DNA of 64,000 nt from Eledone cirrhosa (GCA_964016885.1 OZ024742.1:191518001-191582000); one strand, 5' to 3'; counted from the stretch's first letter, positions 27,752 to 40,908 are shown. Numbers and translations: made by a program. The notes: a model not told the origin generated them from the letters alone.

Positions 27752-27896
27752 TAATATAGGTTAGTTTTATAAATAAATATTGAAATACCCTTAAAAAATG
27801 CAACCATTCTGGTTGGAATATCTAGGAGATTCCAACCAGAATGGTTGCATTTTTTACGGGTATGTCAATTTTTATTCATAAAACTAACCTATATTA

Positions 27897-27962
27897 TATT
27901 TTATCTGATGAAAGTGCACCATAGTTTGCTTCGGTGGCCCTTGAAATATGTATAATGAAATA
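27897..27962 (+). ncRNA. Type I hammerhead ribozyme (family A)
   Basis: TATTTTAT-CTGATGA-AAGTGCACC..GGTGGCCCTT-GAAA-TATGTA-TA-ATGAAATA. Confidence 0.85.
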
Positions 27963-28050
27963 AATATGGTTTTATAAATATAGTTTACATTTGTTAATAT
28001 ATTGTATATATATATATATAATTGTGTGCGTGTGTGTATATGGATATATG

Positions 28051-28119
<69 letters not shown>

Positions 28120-28635
28120 GAGAGAGAGGGAGAGAGAGAGAGAGAGACTGGGTGTTGGATCGTCACCCATTTCGATATTTAAAATTCCAGTTGTACGATC
28201 GATGGAGCAGTTTGATAGTGAAATTGACATCCAAGTGATTGAGTATTGCATGAAGCCGTCTACACTCTGCGTAGTTTTCAGGGAGAATCAGCGTCATGCA
28301 GGTGTGACAGGTCTAGCTTATGATAATTAAATAGACTGGAGAATCGTGAAATGAAGTGTCTTGCTCAAGGACAAAATGTGCCACGAGGAGTCCAACTCAC
28401 AATATGATCGTTTACCGACAGGCAGAGAGAAGTTAAGATTTTCAGACATGAATATAAAGTGCTTAATAAATACTTAAGTAGAGTGTTTAGATTTATATGA
28501 AAGAGAATGCTTTTTATTGATCTAGGGAGTTACCCAAGTGTGAGATCAGTGAAGCTTCCTATATTAAGGGAGAACATGATACAATCACTTACACACACAC
28601 GTATATGTGTGTATATATATATATACGTGTATTTC

Positions 28636-28715
<80 letters not shown>

Positions 28716-29510
28716 AGAGAGAGAGAGTATGTGTGTGAGTGTGCATGTGTGTGCGTGTGTGTACTCACACAGACAGCATTAATATGCGTAAAACCGATTA
28801 TAATAGCGAACAAGATTTAACCGTTGAAAAGTGTTTAATCAGGTGTCCACGACCATATACAACTCAAATGATACTGTTCAACCACGGCTAACTATGTGGG
28901 CAATATGCCACAAATGTTACCACCGTGATTCTAGAGATAAAACCGTAGAACCCTTCGAAAAACAGTATAAAAACAATATGGAAAAACAAATGAAATTCTT
29001 TATGAAAATGTTTAAACTGGAGGACAGCCTAGATTACATTATATATATATATATGACGTCAACAGCCACGTCTCTCCATGTGTGTTTATTTTCATAACTA
29101 CGCACGAGGTGAACTAGCCTGCTTTTAAATTCCATTTTTGGCATATTTTGGCAGTTGGATCTTAGGGTTGTCGTATTTGAGCTCTACTGAGGAACGATTC
29201 CAACCGTGACCATTCCCACTGAAAAGTTTCGTGAAATAGTCTTTTTAAGACTATATAGAGCATTTGTAGTTTTTTCCAAATTGAAGGATGAGTATTTAAA
29301 CTTTATTTTATTCTGAGTTAAGACTCTATTGGTTTTTCCCTGGATTTCACAAAATCTGCGGTTAAATTCTCTGTATTGATATTTTTTTAACTAAGTTTGA
29401 ATTATTTTCCCACATCTTACGTTAATTATTTTCCATTTTGACGTTATAGTCATTTATATATTATGAAATACTGTTGGCTTCTTGCTCACATTAATTTCTA
29501 TATTTTCATT

Positions 29511-29576
<66 letters not shown>

Positions 29577-29608
29577 TATATATATATATATAAAATATGT
29601 ATACATAT

Positions 29609-29666
<58 letters not shown>

Positions 29667-30014
29667 TGTTTATATATAAAATACTTTTTTAACAGGTAGA
29701 TGTGGCCAGTAGAATGTAATGTATTTAGATTTATATATAGAGATTAAATATATTTAATTATTGGTAAATATAATTCTAAAAAAAAAAACATTAGAAAAAT
29801 TCGTGTCATGCACGATATCTTCAAACGATAGATTTAAGTGTATACGTTAATATAAACAATGTAGTTCAAAATATTCCATTTAATAAAAAATAAACATTAG
29901 ATAAAGCATTAACTTATAAGTTTCCATAAAAGCCTTTACTTTTCGATTGTTTTTTCATATAATTGCTAATGGTGTGATAATTATGGTAAAATTCCTGACG
30001 TAAATCAGTATTAT

Positions 30015-30053
<39 letters not shown>

Positions 30054-30127
30054 TACTTATTTCTCTATGCGTGTTTGTATATATGTACTCACACATACAC
30101 ACACATAAACAAACACACACACACACA

Positions 30128-30182
<55 letters not shown>

Positions 30183-30216
30183 GTACGTGTTTCTATGTGT
30201 GTGTATTATGTATATA

Positions 30217-30284
<68 letters not shown>

Positions 30285-30488
30285 TATATGTAGAGGTGGG
30301 TATGTGTGCAAACACAGTGATATCAGTCCTCTTCCCTGTAACACATTATAATAAAAGACAGGAAATGTTAATTACTCTATCAAAAGAATATCTTAGTAGG
30401 ATGTAGAGATGAACGTTTACGTTTCTATTTCTCTCCTTTTCAGTAATCCACATAATAAATCTCTAGTGTTTGCCGTTCTATACAGTAA

Positions 30489-30804
<316 letters not shown>

Positions 30805-30987
30805 AAAATAGATGTTAAATGACGATGATGATGCATATATAGATATATTTAAGTACTGCAAAATGTGACATACTTTCACATAGGTGGGCACACGCATGTA
30901 TGTGTATATGAGTTAGAGCGCAGAAATCGTCAAATATAGTGCTATGACATTAGACATATATAGTTCAAAATAGAGGTTAGATATGTG

Positions 30988-31033
<46 letters not shown>

Positions 31034-31073
31034 CCAGCATGGCCTCAGCCGGATGGCTGAAACAGGTGAAAGA

Positions 31074-31139
<66 letters not shown>

Positions 31140-31355
31140 TCTTTTGTCACTAGTCAGTTCCTTCGTTGCTACAGATCACGCGACTCAATTAGCGGTCGCT
31201 AACTTCAATTAGCAAAGCCCTTTAACCCTTTAAACTGTATGTTATTACTCTGAGGTCTATACATTGTCGAATGCTTGGCTTCACTGCTGAAGGCATTCGT
31301 TGGCTTAGCTGCTGTTCGAACTTCGAATATGCTGTATTTTCATTTATATATACAT

Positions 31356-31516
<161 letters not shown>

Positions 31517-31649
31517 TATAATTTTGTGTGTGTGTGTGTGTAAGAAACATTGCGAGGCACTCAGTTGAATGCAATTACAATCCTGCCAATTCACATTTAT
31601 AATATATACATATACACATAAACATAGACACACACACACACACATATAC

Positions 31650-31720
<71 letters not shown>

Positions 31721-31929
31721 ATTCAAGAGTAACCAATCTTAAAGAGAGAGATGGAGATAGTAGAGGGGATATGAGAGGAGAGATTGGTGAGTAAGTTAGA
31801 AGCCAAAGCGTAAAGGCATGTGCTCAATGTGCAATATGCAGTAGAAAGCAGCTAGGTGGCTGGGTTCATGCAGAAGTTAGGTGCGCAGAGCTGGAAATAT
31901 TCATTTGTTAAGCTAGCCACGTCGCGTTC

Positions 31930-32980
31930 AGTAACCATCATAATCTAAGACAGTATAACTCCCACACCGCGGTACCATCATCCCTATCAAATACACCACG
32001 CCACTACACCAATAATTACTCTAGTAGCACACCTCCCCCATCTAATCCTTCTAGCATGAACCAACCGCTTAGGTTAAACAACCCTACTCTCACTAACCGC
32101 AGAAGCAACTGCAACTGCCGTTCCCCCAATGCATGCCCATTAAATGGACACTGCCTGACACCCAACATAGTCTATAGGTGCACGGTTGAGAGTGCTTCGA
32201 ATACCAGCTCTTATATCGGGTCTACCTCTAACCCTTTTAAGGTACGCTATAACGCGCACTCTTTTTCCTTCCGAGACCCTAGCAACAGATGTTCGACATC
32301 GCTAGCTAGGCTCATTAAAAACCTTAAATTTAACAGCGTTCAACACTCACTAAAATGGTATACCGTATCTAGGCCCCAACCGTTCAATGGACGAAGAAAA
32401 TCTTGTGATCTCTGTATTACGGAAGCATATTACATAATTCTATCACGACCGATTAACGATAGAATAGAGTTTTTGACCCAACTTAGTCATGTAGCCCCAT
32501 TTCTACTAATAAGTTAAATTGCTATAAACAACTCGATAATTATAAGTTACCTCCCCTACATTGTCTCTCAATTAAAAAATTTAAAAACTAGCACTTATCT
32601 ATAAATACTCACAATCTCTAATTTCTGGAGAAGTTACATCCCCTGAAACCACCCTCTAATTAGTAAGATAAATATGCCCTTTGGCAGCCATCTTGTTACC
32701 CATAGGCAGATCTCACACAATGCAGCCTCGACAGATGAATACTGCTTGATTATGGCTGACAGCTGATGCAACCAAGACACCATAGTAAAAACCAATATAT
32801 GGAATATTATATTATGTAACATTATTTTAATTTATACTCCTTTGAGTTCCGATGAGCCACTCTGTTTGTTTAAATATGTTAATTATTTTCAACTGAACCA
32901 GATCAATTATGATATATAGTCATCTGATCCAGAAATATTATATGGAGTAGCGAAACAATTGTAAAAGGACATTATTATTA
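31930..32980 (+). mobile_element. 5'-truncated Naiad-type PLE (GIY-YIG ORF 32056-32517, 3' UTR, HHR remnant)
   Basis: CNCRSPNACPLNGHCL..IVYRC..YIGSTS.PFKVRYNAH..CDLCITE. Confidence 0.82.
32838..32969 (+). ncRNA. Degenerate HHR with very long stem II insert, U4C core
   Basis: CCGATGA-GCCACTCT..(~80 nt)..GGAGTAGC-GAAA-CAATTG-TA; stem I interrupted (TCCTTT/AAAGGA). Confidence 0.55.
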
Positions 32981-33075
32981 TTAACTTTGCCTTTCATCCT
33001 TACGGTGTCGATAAAATAAAGTACCAGCAATACACTGGATGATTGCTGGCCTTGTGCCTAACTTTAGAAACAATT
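32981..33075 (+). mobile_element. 5'-truncated tRNA-SINE
   Basis: TTAACTTTGCCTTTCATCCTTACGG..AGAAAC followed by an (ATT)n tail. Confidence 0.85.
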
Positions 33076-33190
33076 ATTATTAATATTATTATTATTATTC
33101 TCTACATTCCTTACATCAAACTAAAGTATGTTGACAATCTTTTAATATTGTCTTCCTTATGAATTGTGTGGTCTTGTTTTGCTTAACTAA

Positions 33191-33307
<117 letters not shown>

Positions 33308-33907
33308 AGTGTGTATGTATATATACATATATATATATATGTATATAAATAAATATATAAATGTATATAAATAAATAAATAAATATATATATATATATAT
33401 ACATTTACATTCAGATGTATATTACATAAATGTATAAGGTGGTAAACTCCCACTTTCGTTAGGAATGACGATTTGTTTTACACCTTGAAATTTCGCCACC
33501 GATGGGGAAGGTGATTTTATGGAAGACCAACATTTACGAAAACTTAACAGTCCCTCTTCTCCACACCACTGATGTTGTCCATGGAAAAGTCATAGGCTGA
33601 TTTCAGCTTGGCCCCAGTGGCGCCGCAATACATTTCTGAAACTGAGGAAACTGGAACAACTTGAAATAATGCGCCTTGCTGAAAAAAACAACGCACCGCC
33701 CCCCTCGAAAAAAAAAAAACTCAACTATACATAATTGTATACATATACACAACCACAATTATATACACACACACACATATATACATATGTGCATTTTCGA
33801 TTTCATCTTTTTTCTCATATATATACGTGTGTATAATGGTAGCTATGGTGCTTCCATAGGCGGTATGCCAAAATTAACACTCAATATTCTTACAGAGCAG
33901 AGTGTGA

Positions 33908-34240
33908 ATAGTATAAAAAAACGAAAGATCAGTGATGCTTCTGGACTCAGTTTATTGCGTGTTACCAGTGTTTCGCCGGCAGGTAACTCGAGACATGATC
34001 ACTGTATGGATCTGGCTGATTCTACGGTTGCAGGTTCCTTCGGACACGTGCAATTCTTTCGGAGCAAATTTTCTCTCTCACTTTTCTTGCTCCCAAAGAA
34101 TTGCATGTGTCCGAAGGAACCTGCAGCCGTAGAATCAGCCAGCTCCATACAGTGATCATGTCTCGAGCTACATGCCGGCGAAACAATTGTAACACCCAAT
34201 AAACTGAGTCCAGATGCATCACTGATTTTTCGTTTTTTTA

Positions 34241-34246
<6 letters not shown>
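33908..34246. repeat. ~160-bp-arm inverted repeat with HHR-like 3' half
   Basis: Arms 33908-34067 / 34087-34246; the right arm has GGC-GAAA-CAATTG-TA-ACAC and runs into (TA)n. Confidence 0.85.
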
Positions 34247-34309
<63 letters not shown>

Positions 34310-34319
34310 AAACCATATT

Positions 34320-34384
34320 TATTTCATTATATATATTTCAGGGATACCACATTAAATTATGGTATGCCTTCATCAGACAAAATA
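34320..34384 (-). ncRNA. Type I hammerhead ribozyme (family A)
   Basis: Reverse complement reads TATTTTGT-CTGATGA-AGGCATACCATA..TGTGGTATCCCT-GAAA-TATATA-TA-ATGAAATA. Confidence 0.87.
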
Positions 34385-34467
34385 CAATATATAACAGACA
34401 GCCTCCAAAAGAAAGGTTGCATTTTAAAAGGGTACGTCGAAGCTATTTGTAAAACTGTTATATATTG

Positions 34468-34532
34468 TATTTTGTTTGATGAAGGCATACCATAATTTAA
34501 TGTGGTATCCCTGAAATATGTATAATGAAATA
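34468..34532 (+). ncRNA. Type I hammerhead ribozyme (family A), C3U mutant
   Basis: Same fold with a TTGATGA core; inverted partner of 34320-34384. Confidence 0.75.
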
Positions 34533-34805
34533 TATATAAATATATATATATATATGTATGTGTGTGTGGGTGTGTGCATGTGTGTGTGCATAAGTGTGTG
34601 CGTGGTGGTGGTGGTGATGGGGGGGGGCGTGCTATTGGTATGCATGTGATTGTGTGTATGTGTAATCATATCAGTGTTTATTTGCGTGTTGAGTGGAGTG
34701 ACCTAGCTGTCAGTGAAGCGTAACTGAGCTGCTTGAAGACATTGAAACTCTGTGGAATATACTGAAATACACACAAACGCCGACATATATATATGCACCA
34801 CCATA

Positions 34806-34880
<75 letters not shown>

Positions 34881-34916
34881 ATGTGTATATGTGTGTATAT
34901 GTATAAATGTGTGTGG

Positions 34917-34957
<41 letters not shown>

Positions 34958-35787
34958 CACAGACCATGGCTTCCTAGTTGTTGAATAGAACGTGATCTGA
35001 AATAATGTTATACAAAAGAGTCAAAGGAATTGGTCCACTACTTCAACTTAACGGTTTTGTATCGATACGTGAATAAAATCAATATTGTATTGCCAGTAAG
35101 TCGAACACCATATAGTCGCTATTCAAAATACAGATTCTACGAAAAAGGTTTCAGTTCCAGAACCAATTATACAGCGAAGCTTCAATTAACACAGCAAATC
35201 AATGGATCTACATCGGTGCCGACGTTGCTTGCTACAGCTGTTTGATCAACACAACAGCTTTCTCATGAAGTTAGCGTATTATTGATCGAACATTCATCAA
35301 CATGTGTGAACTTAACGTCATTCTTAGTGGTATTGAGCTTCACAATGTGTATAACACTGTTAGTCCATTGAATTACAGGTATAATAGAAAAAGACTTTTG
35401 AACTTTTTCAGGGAAAACATAATTTCACTCATTTCACTTGCTCAAGAAGCCACGTACTGGAATCGAACATGTTACTATTTATTGCAAAAGAAGCTCCTCA
35501 AGCATTGAGCCATGTTGTGATCAGGACACAACAAATCAGTCTTTATAACTAAACATATCTCTGATCAATTTCTGATCATATTTGATCTTGGTCGACAATA
35601 AGAATCAATCGGTGATTCTTTTTTAACCCAGACTTATCAGTAATTTTATTTTTAAGCTATAGACATAATCATGGCTTTGTGATATTGTTCGCTTTGGAAG
35701 TGTCTGCTATAGACTTCTGTTGACCAAATCTTTCTGAGTAGATTCTCATAGACGGAAACTGCTGAAGCCCGTGTATACAAACACACG

Positions 35788-35838
<51 letters not shown>

Positions 35839-35859
35839 GATAAGAAATTATGATGATGT

Positions 35860-36682
35860 AATTCAATCCGGAGCTTTGTAGTTATGTAAGAGCTGTTTCC
35901 AGACGTGTGGACAACGTTTGAAGAATTCATAACTTGTGTTTAGGATATCGCTATTGTGTAATCTCTTTAGAATATTTATTCGTTCATCAATGCTTAGTCC
36001 ACACGACGGATTGCCCCTTGCGTATGGCTTGGACTTAGTGATGGCTTTCCATTGAATGGAGTAGTCTATACTGGAGTCCTTGAGGGACCGTGCTGACGTA
36101 TGCGACTTGGTTGGCCTATTTATTTTAGACATATTACGTGTTAGATTCCCTCACTTCCACACGGGAATATACCGCGACGATGGACTGACCTTATCGAGCC
36201 GTAGAAGTGGTCACCACCTCGACCGGTTTAAAAAGACTTAGCTTATGCCTTCAATGAGTTAGGACTTAGAACAACAGTAGCTACCAACCTCTCAAGCGTA
36301 GATTCCTTAGACATTAATTTAAACCTTCGCACACACACCTAGAGACCCTTCCATAAGCTTAGCGAAAAACTCAATTACATTCACAAGGACTAATGCCACC
36401 CTCCCACTGTTTTTACAAACTTCGTAAATAATATCAATACTAGAATCTCAAACCTCTCTTCCAATAAGGCTATATTTGACAGAGTGGCACCCTACTATAA
36501 CACGGCGTTAGCTAACAGAGGCTTCTCGTTACTATCACTTACTCTCCCACTAACAATAACAGCAATAAGAAAAGAAAGCGTAACAATAGAAAAACTATCT
36601 GGTACTCTCCTTCCTTCCCACTCAACGTTAAAACCCATGTAGGCAGACAATTTCTAACCCTCTTAGAAAGTACTCCCCGATG
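35860..36682. mobile_element. Naiad-type PLE with internal inversion
   Basis: GIY-YIG C-terminus on minus (35860-36135); RT on plus with GIYRDDGL at ~36164-36187, FLDINLNL and RKTIWYSPSFPLNVKTHVGRQFL. Confidence 0.78.
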
Positions 36683-36683
36683 A

Positions 36684-36796
36684 CTAATCTATGAGCCTGT
36701 AAAGCTTCATGAAAATCGGTCGTAAGATATAGGCCCCTATAGGTAATACACAGACACACTGACACACACACATACTTAATTTTATATATATACAGA
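36684..36796 (-). mobile_element. 5' end of a non-autonomous Helitron-like element
   Basis: Reverse complement A|TCTGTATATATATAAAATTAAGTATGTGTGTGTC..ACCGATTTTCATGAAG resembles the 57782 terminus. Confidence 0.5.
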
Positions 36797-37694
36797 TATG
36801 TATTGCTGGTCTAGCAAAAATTAGAAAGTAGGATTGGTGCTCTGAAATAGCGATGTATACATGAATGTATGTATAGTATATTTGGCAATATACCGTATGT
36901 TTAATTGAAAACATTTAGAAGACAATACACTATCAGTTATAAAGTAGTGAATATGTCACTTATATATTTTCGGCGAAAGAAGGGAGAGAGACTGACAGTC
37001 TGTTTCACGCTGATTGGCGTTCATCAGAACCACGTACTCCTCTGCTTCCGCCGAAAATTATATATATATGTATGTATGGGTATGTGTCTGTGTGTGTGTG
37101 TTTGTGTGTGTATGTATATATTTCGTTTTTGAATTTGTTTTGCAAGATTTCTTATCTAAAAACGTGTGTTGAAAGAGATATTGTTGTTCTTTGGGAGGGT
37201 CATACTGTCAGTAAAGACACACGCACCTGTTGGATTCACCTCAGTCACTGGGGTTTTATTTTGTGTCTTTCTCTTGTTCGGTCCTACACCATCTTGTTTT
37301 TGTGTGCTGTATGTTTTATACTGTGTCTTCAACACAGAAAACAGAAAACAAAATGGTGAAGGACAGAACAAAGGAGAGACACAAAATAAAAACCAAGTCA
37401 CTGAAGAGGTCACAGAATATGTGCCGAAAGAACTTTGACAATATATAAACAACCAGCTGGTTATCGAACCAATCAACCAACCGGAAATTTGCAATAAATT
37501 GAAGTGAAAACCATCAGGTGCTTCTGTTTTCGTTTGCAGCATGACCTCCAAAGTATAACATATATATAGAAGTCGTTACACAGCAGTTCGTTCACCATAC
37601 TGAGAACAATTGTTTCACATTAGCGGATCCTCAGCTCGTAATAGGCATGGTTATACGGAACAGGAAGGACAATATTGATGTTGTTACAATAATT

Positions 37695-37960
37695 CATTCA
37701 ATCCGGAGCTTTGTAGTCATGCCATAGGTGTTTCGAGACGTGTGGATAAAGTGTGAAAAATTCATTTCTCGTGTTTAGGCAATCACTATTGCATAATCTC
37801 TTTCGAACATTTATTCGTTCGTTAATACACAGTCCACACGACGGATTTCCCCTTGCGTATGGCTTGGACATAGTGATGGCTTTCCATTGAATGGAGTTGT
37901 CTATACTTGAGTCCCTGAGGGACCATACGTTGCTCGCGAATTTCGTGGATGAACGTCTGT
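37695..37960 (-). mobile_element. Second GIY-YIG 3' fragment, same PLE family as 35860-36135
   Basis: Direct nucleotide similarity (ATTCAATCCGGAGCTTTGTAG..CCTTGCGTATGGCTTGGAC). Confidence 0.8.
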
Positions 37961-38932
37961 CTGGGTATATATATATATATATATATATAAGTATGCATGT
38001 ATACGTACATACATATATGTATACAGACGTACAGTAGCATGCACATATATATATATATATACATATATATATACATATGCATACAGGTACACATACATAT
38101 ATGCACGTATCAGTTTAGCGGCGCTAACGTCGCTTTGTTCGTTTGTAAACAAACTGAACAGCCTGAATTTATGCCATACGGTGTTAAGGCAACCACGTCA
38201 CCTTTTTGTTCAACACTGACACAGGAACGATGTACTAGTTTCAAGCTTGTTAGCTATCATCAGCACCGTTTACCCATCTGCCAGATAGTTGAACGTTCGA
38301 AAGTATATACTTTCCTTATGAAAATTAACGGCTGAGCAGCCTAATTTGCATATTGAGTGAGTTAAATCGGTCAGGCATACCGAAAACGATAAATTGAAAC
38401 AAAATGAAAACGAAATTTCATTTCTCACTCTTAGTATATATATATACTTGGCTGAGAATAGACCTCCCTGATGACGCAATGAAATTCTCAACAGTTCATT
38501 ACGTAACTGTCTTTATCCCATTGCAGAAACTAATTAGTTGGAGTGAAAATTTAAGTAAGTAAGTTAATTTTAAAACATTTTTTTTTTAAATGTTCTTATT
38601 TTACGTCTTTTATATTATTATTCTGCATCCTCCTGCATTGAACCACCTAGGTACTATGACATAACCTGTGTATTTGCTGGCATTATTCCTTCATGCGTGA
38701 AGGAACGTATTTCCTATTACTACTACCTCCACTAACGTTGAGAACAAATTGGTCGTCCTGACTGCTGCTAGCAATAGCTGTGGCTAGTTCGACCTACCTC
38801 CTTTTGCCTCTACCTTTGCTACGGCCCTTGATAAACCTGTTCTACATCATCCACTCTCATCCCAGGAACAGTTTTTGATAGCGCTAGTTTGTGATTTAAA
38901 TTCAGGAATTTTATATTCTTTGAATGAAAAGA

Positions 38933-39016
38933 ACCTTCTGACGAGAATCTTTCTTTGCAACGAAGGCCGTATGGCCTCCGTTTTATTTTTGGGATTCGAA
39001 ACCGATCGGTGAAGGT
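38933..39016 (+). ncRNA. Type I hammerhead ribozyme (family B), G at position 17
   Basis: ACCTT-CTGACGA-GAATCTT..GGGATTC-GAAA-CCGATCGG-TG-AAGGT. Confidence 0.85.
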
Positions 39017-39415
39017 AACTATAGTAGGTAAAGTCAATTTTTTAAAATTTATTTTGAAACTTTTTCATTATTTACTAAACCTTGTTTATATTTGTTCTGG
39101 CTCGTTAATTTATTAACCCGCCATTGAACCACACTGGCATTTGGTTGGACAATACATGCGTACCTTGGCGCCTTGTGCGTGAAGGAACGTATTTCCTACT
39201 ACTACTACCTCCACTAACGTTGAGAACAAATTTGGTCGTCCTGACTGCTGCTAGCAATAGCTGTGGCTAGTTCGACCAACCTCCTTTTACCTCTATCTTT
39301 GCTACGGCCCTTGATAAACCTGTTCTACATCATCCACTCTCATCCCAGGAACATTTTTTGATAGCGCTAGTTTGTGATTTAAATTCAGGAATTTTATATT
39401 CTTTGAATGAAAAGA

Positions 39416-39499
39416 ACCTTCTGACGAGAATCTTTCTTTGCAACGAAGGCCGTATGGCCTCCATTTTATTTTTGGGATTCGAAACCGATCCGTAAAGGT
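39416..39499 (+). ncRNA. Type I hammerhead ribozyme (family B)
   Basis: ACCTT-CTGACGA-GAATCTT..GGGATTC-GAAA-CCGATCCG-TA-AAGGT. Confidence 0.85.
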
Positions 39500-39566
39500 A
39501 ACTATAGTAGGTAAAGTCAATTTTTTTAAATTTATTTTGAAACTTTTTCATTATTTACTAAACCTT

Positions 39567-39608
<42 letters not shown>

Positions 39609-40217
39609 TCATTCATATATATGTATACAAACATGTCTGTGCTTGTTTTCGTTAGTATTAGAGTCTGTTGAGTCTGATTTTATATCCTGTGAACTAGCGT
39701 TTCAACAACGGAGTTTATAGAATCTGGTTAGATATACTATCAACACCAATATGAACAATAACCATCCAACTATTACATCCACCACCACCACCAACAACAA
39801 CATCCCCCATTACTACCACCACAAATAACATCAGCATCCCGACTACCACCATCTCTACAATTAAGTAATGCTACAATTATCGATACAATATCGTATTTGA
39901 CTGATGAGAAATGTGTTAACGTGGACAACACAGGAAATTGAGGATTAATTATCGCAATGGACACCATACTGCTGTTGAAATCTATTCAGCCATAGTTTCG
40001 GATAAGTTTTCCATTGGCAACATTATTAACAACAGAATCATATACTGCGTACTATTGCATACACAAGAAAATATTCTCAACTAAGAGATAACACCCCACA
40101 CTTTCATTCTCCTCATACAATTACTACTTTTTCCATCACTTTCAGCGATATCCTATCCGTCATTCGATGTATACACACATAGTGCAGTTTGTTTTGTTAT
40201 TTGTATTATTACTTTTA

Positions 40218-40281
<64 letters not shown>

Positions 40282-40584
40282 AGGGGGAGGGGGAAGAAAT
40301 AAAATCATTGGTTTCTGATATCAATCAACAGAACGAAATGTTGGACAGTGATTAGCGAAATGGTGTAACCAGAACACAAACACAAACACAGACATACAAA
40401 ACGCATACAGGCATATAAGATATGTATATATATTATATTGGTATGTGTATCCACAATTAGTGGTATGTCGTTAATGAAACTATTTTGCCATCGTTCCTGA
40501 TTTACTCAAAGAGATTAGGTTTCATGCAAAAATGTTCTTAAATAGAAGATCTGAAATTAATATCCTGCTTTTCATTGCAATTTG

Positions 40585-40763
<179 letters not shown>

Positions 40764-40846
40764 CATTTCCGTAGGAAAGGTAATGGAAAAGAGAGTGCTC
40801 TATGTAGGCTACAGAGCTTTTTAGTTATGTAAACATCAGATAATTA

Positions 40847-40908
40847 ATTAATTTACCAGTGGTTCCTTGAAGACAGATATTTATATGTCTTCAGTCGCCA
40901 GAACGAAT
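40847..40908 (-). ncRNA. Degenerate HHR (family C)
   Basis: Reverse complement reads ATTCGTT-CTGGCGA-CTGAAGACA..TGTCTTCAA-GGAA-CCACTGG-TA-AATTAAT; two core mutations. Confidence 0.6.

Larger units (their letters stand above)
27553..28009. mobile_element. Fold-back PLE pseudo-LTR element (HHR family A), arms 27639-27819 / 27829-28009
   Basis: ~180-bp inverted repeat, one HHR per arm, ~85-bp extra tail on the left as in 628-712. Confidence 0.8.
38694..39572 (+). mobile_element. Retrozyme-like tandem, ~1.8 copies of a 483-bp HHR monomer (family B)
   Basis: Direct repeat with period 482-483, one HHR per unit, no credible ORF, ends in (TA)n. Confidence 0.75.

Noticed and set aside
38464-38495. 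CTGATGA-CGCAAT-GAAA-TTC-TC
   Set aside because: Stems I and II do not pair; at most a decayed relic.
39901-39911. CTGATGAGAAA as an HHR core
   Set aside because: No stem II, and no stem I/III pairing.
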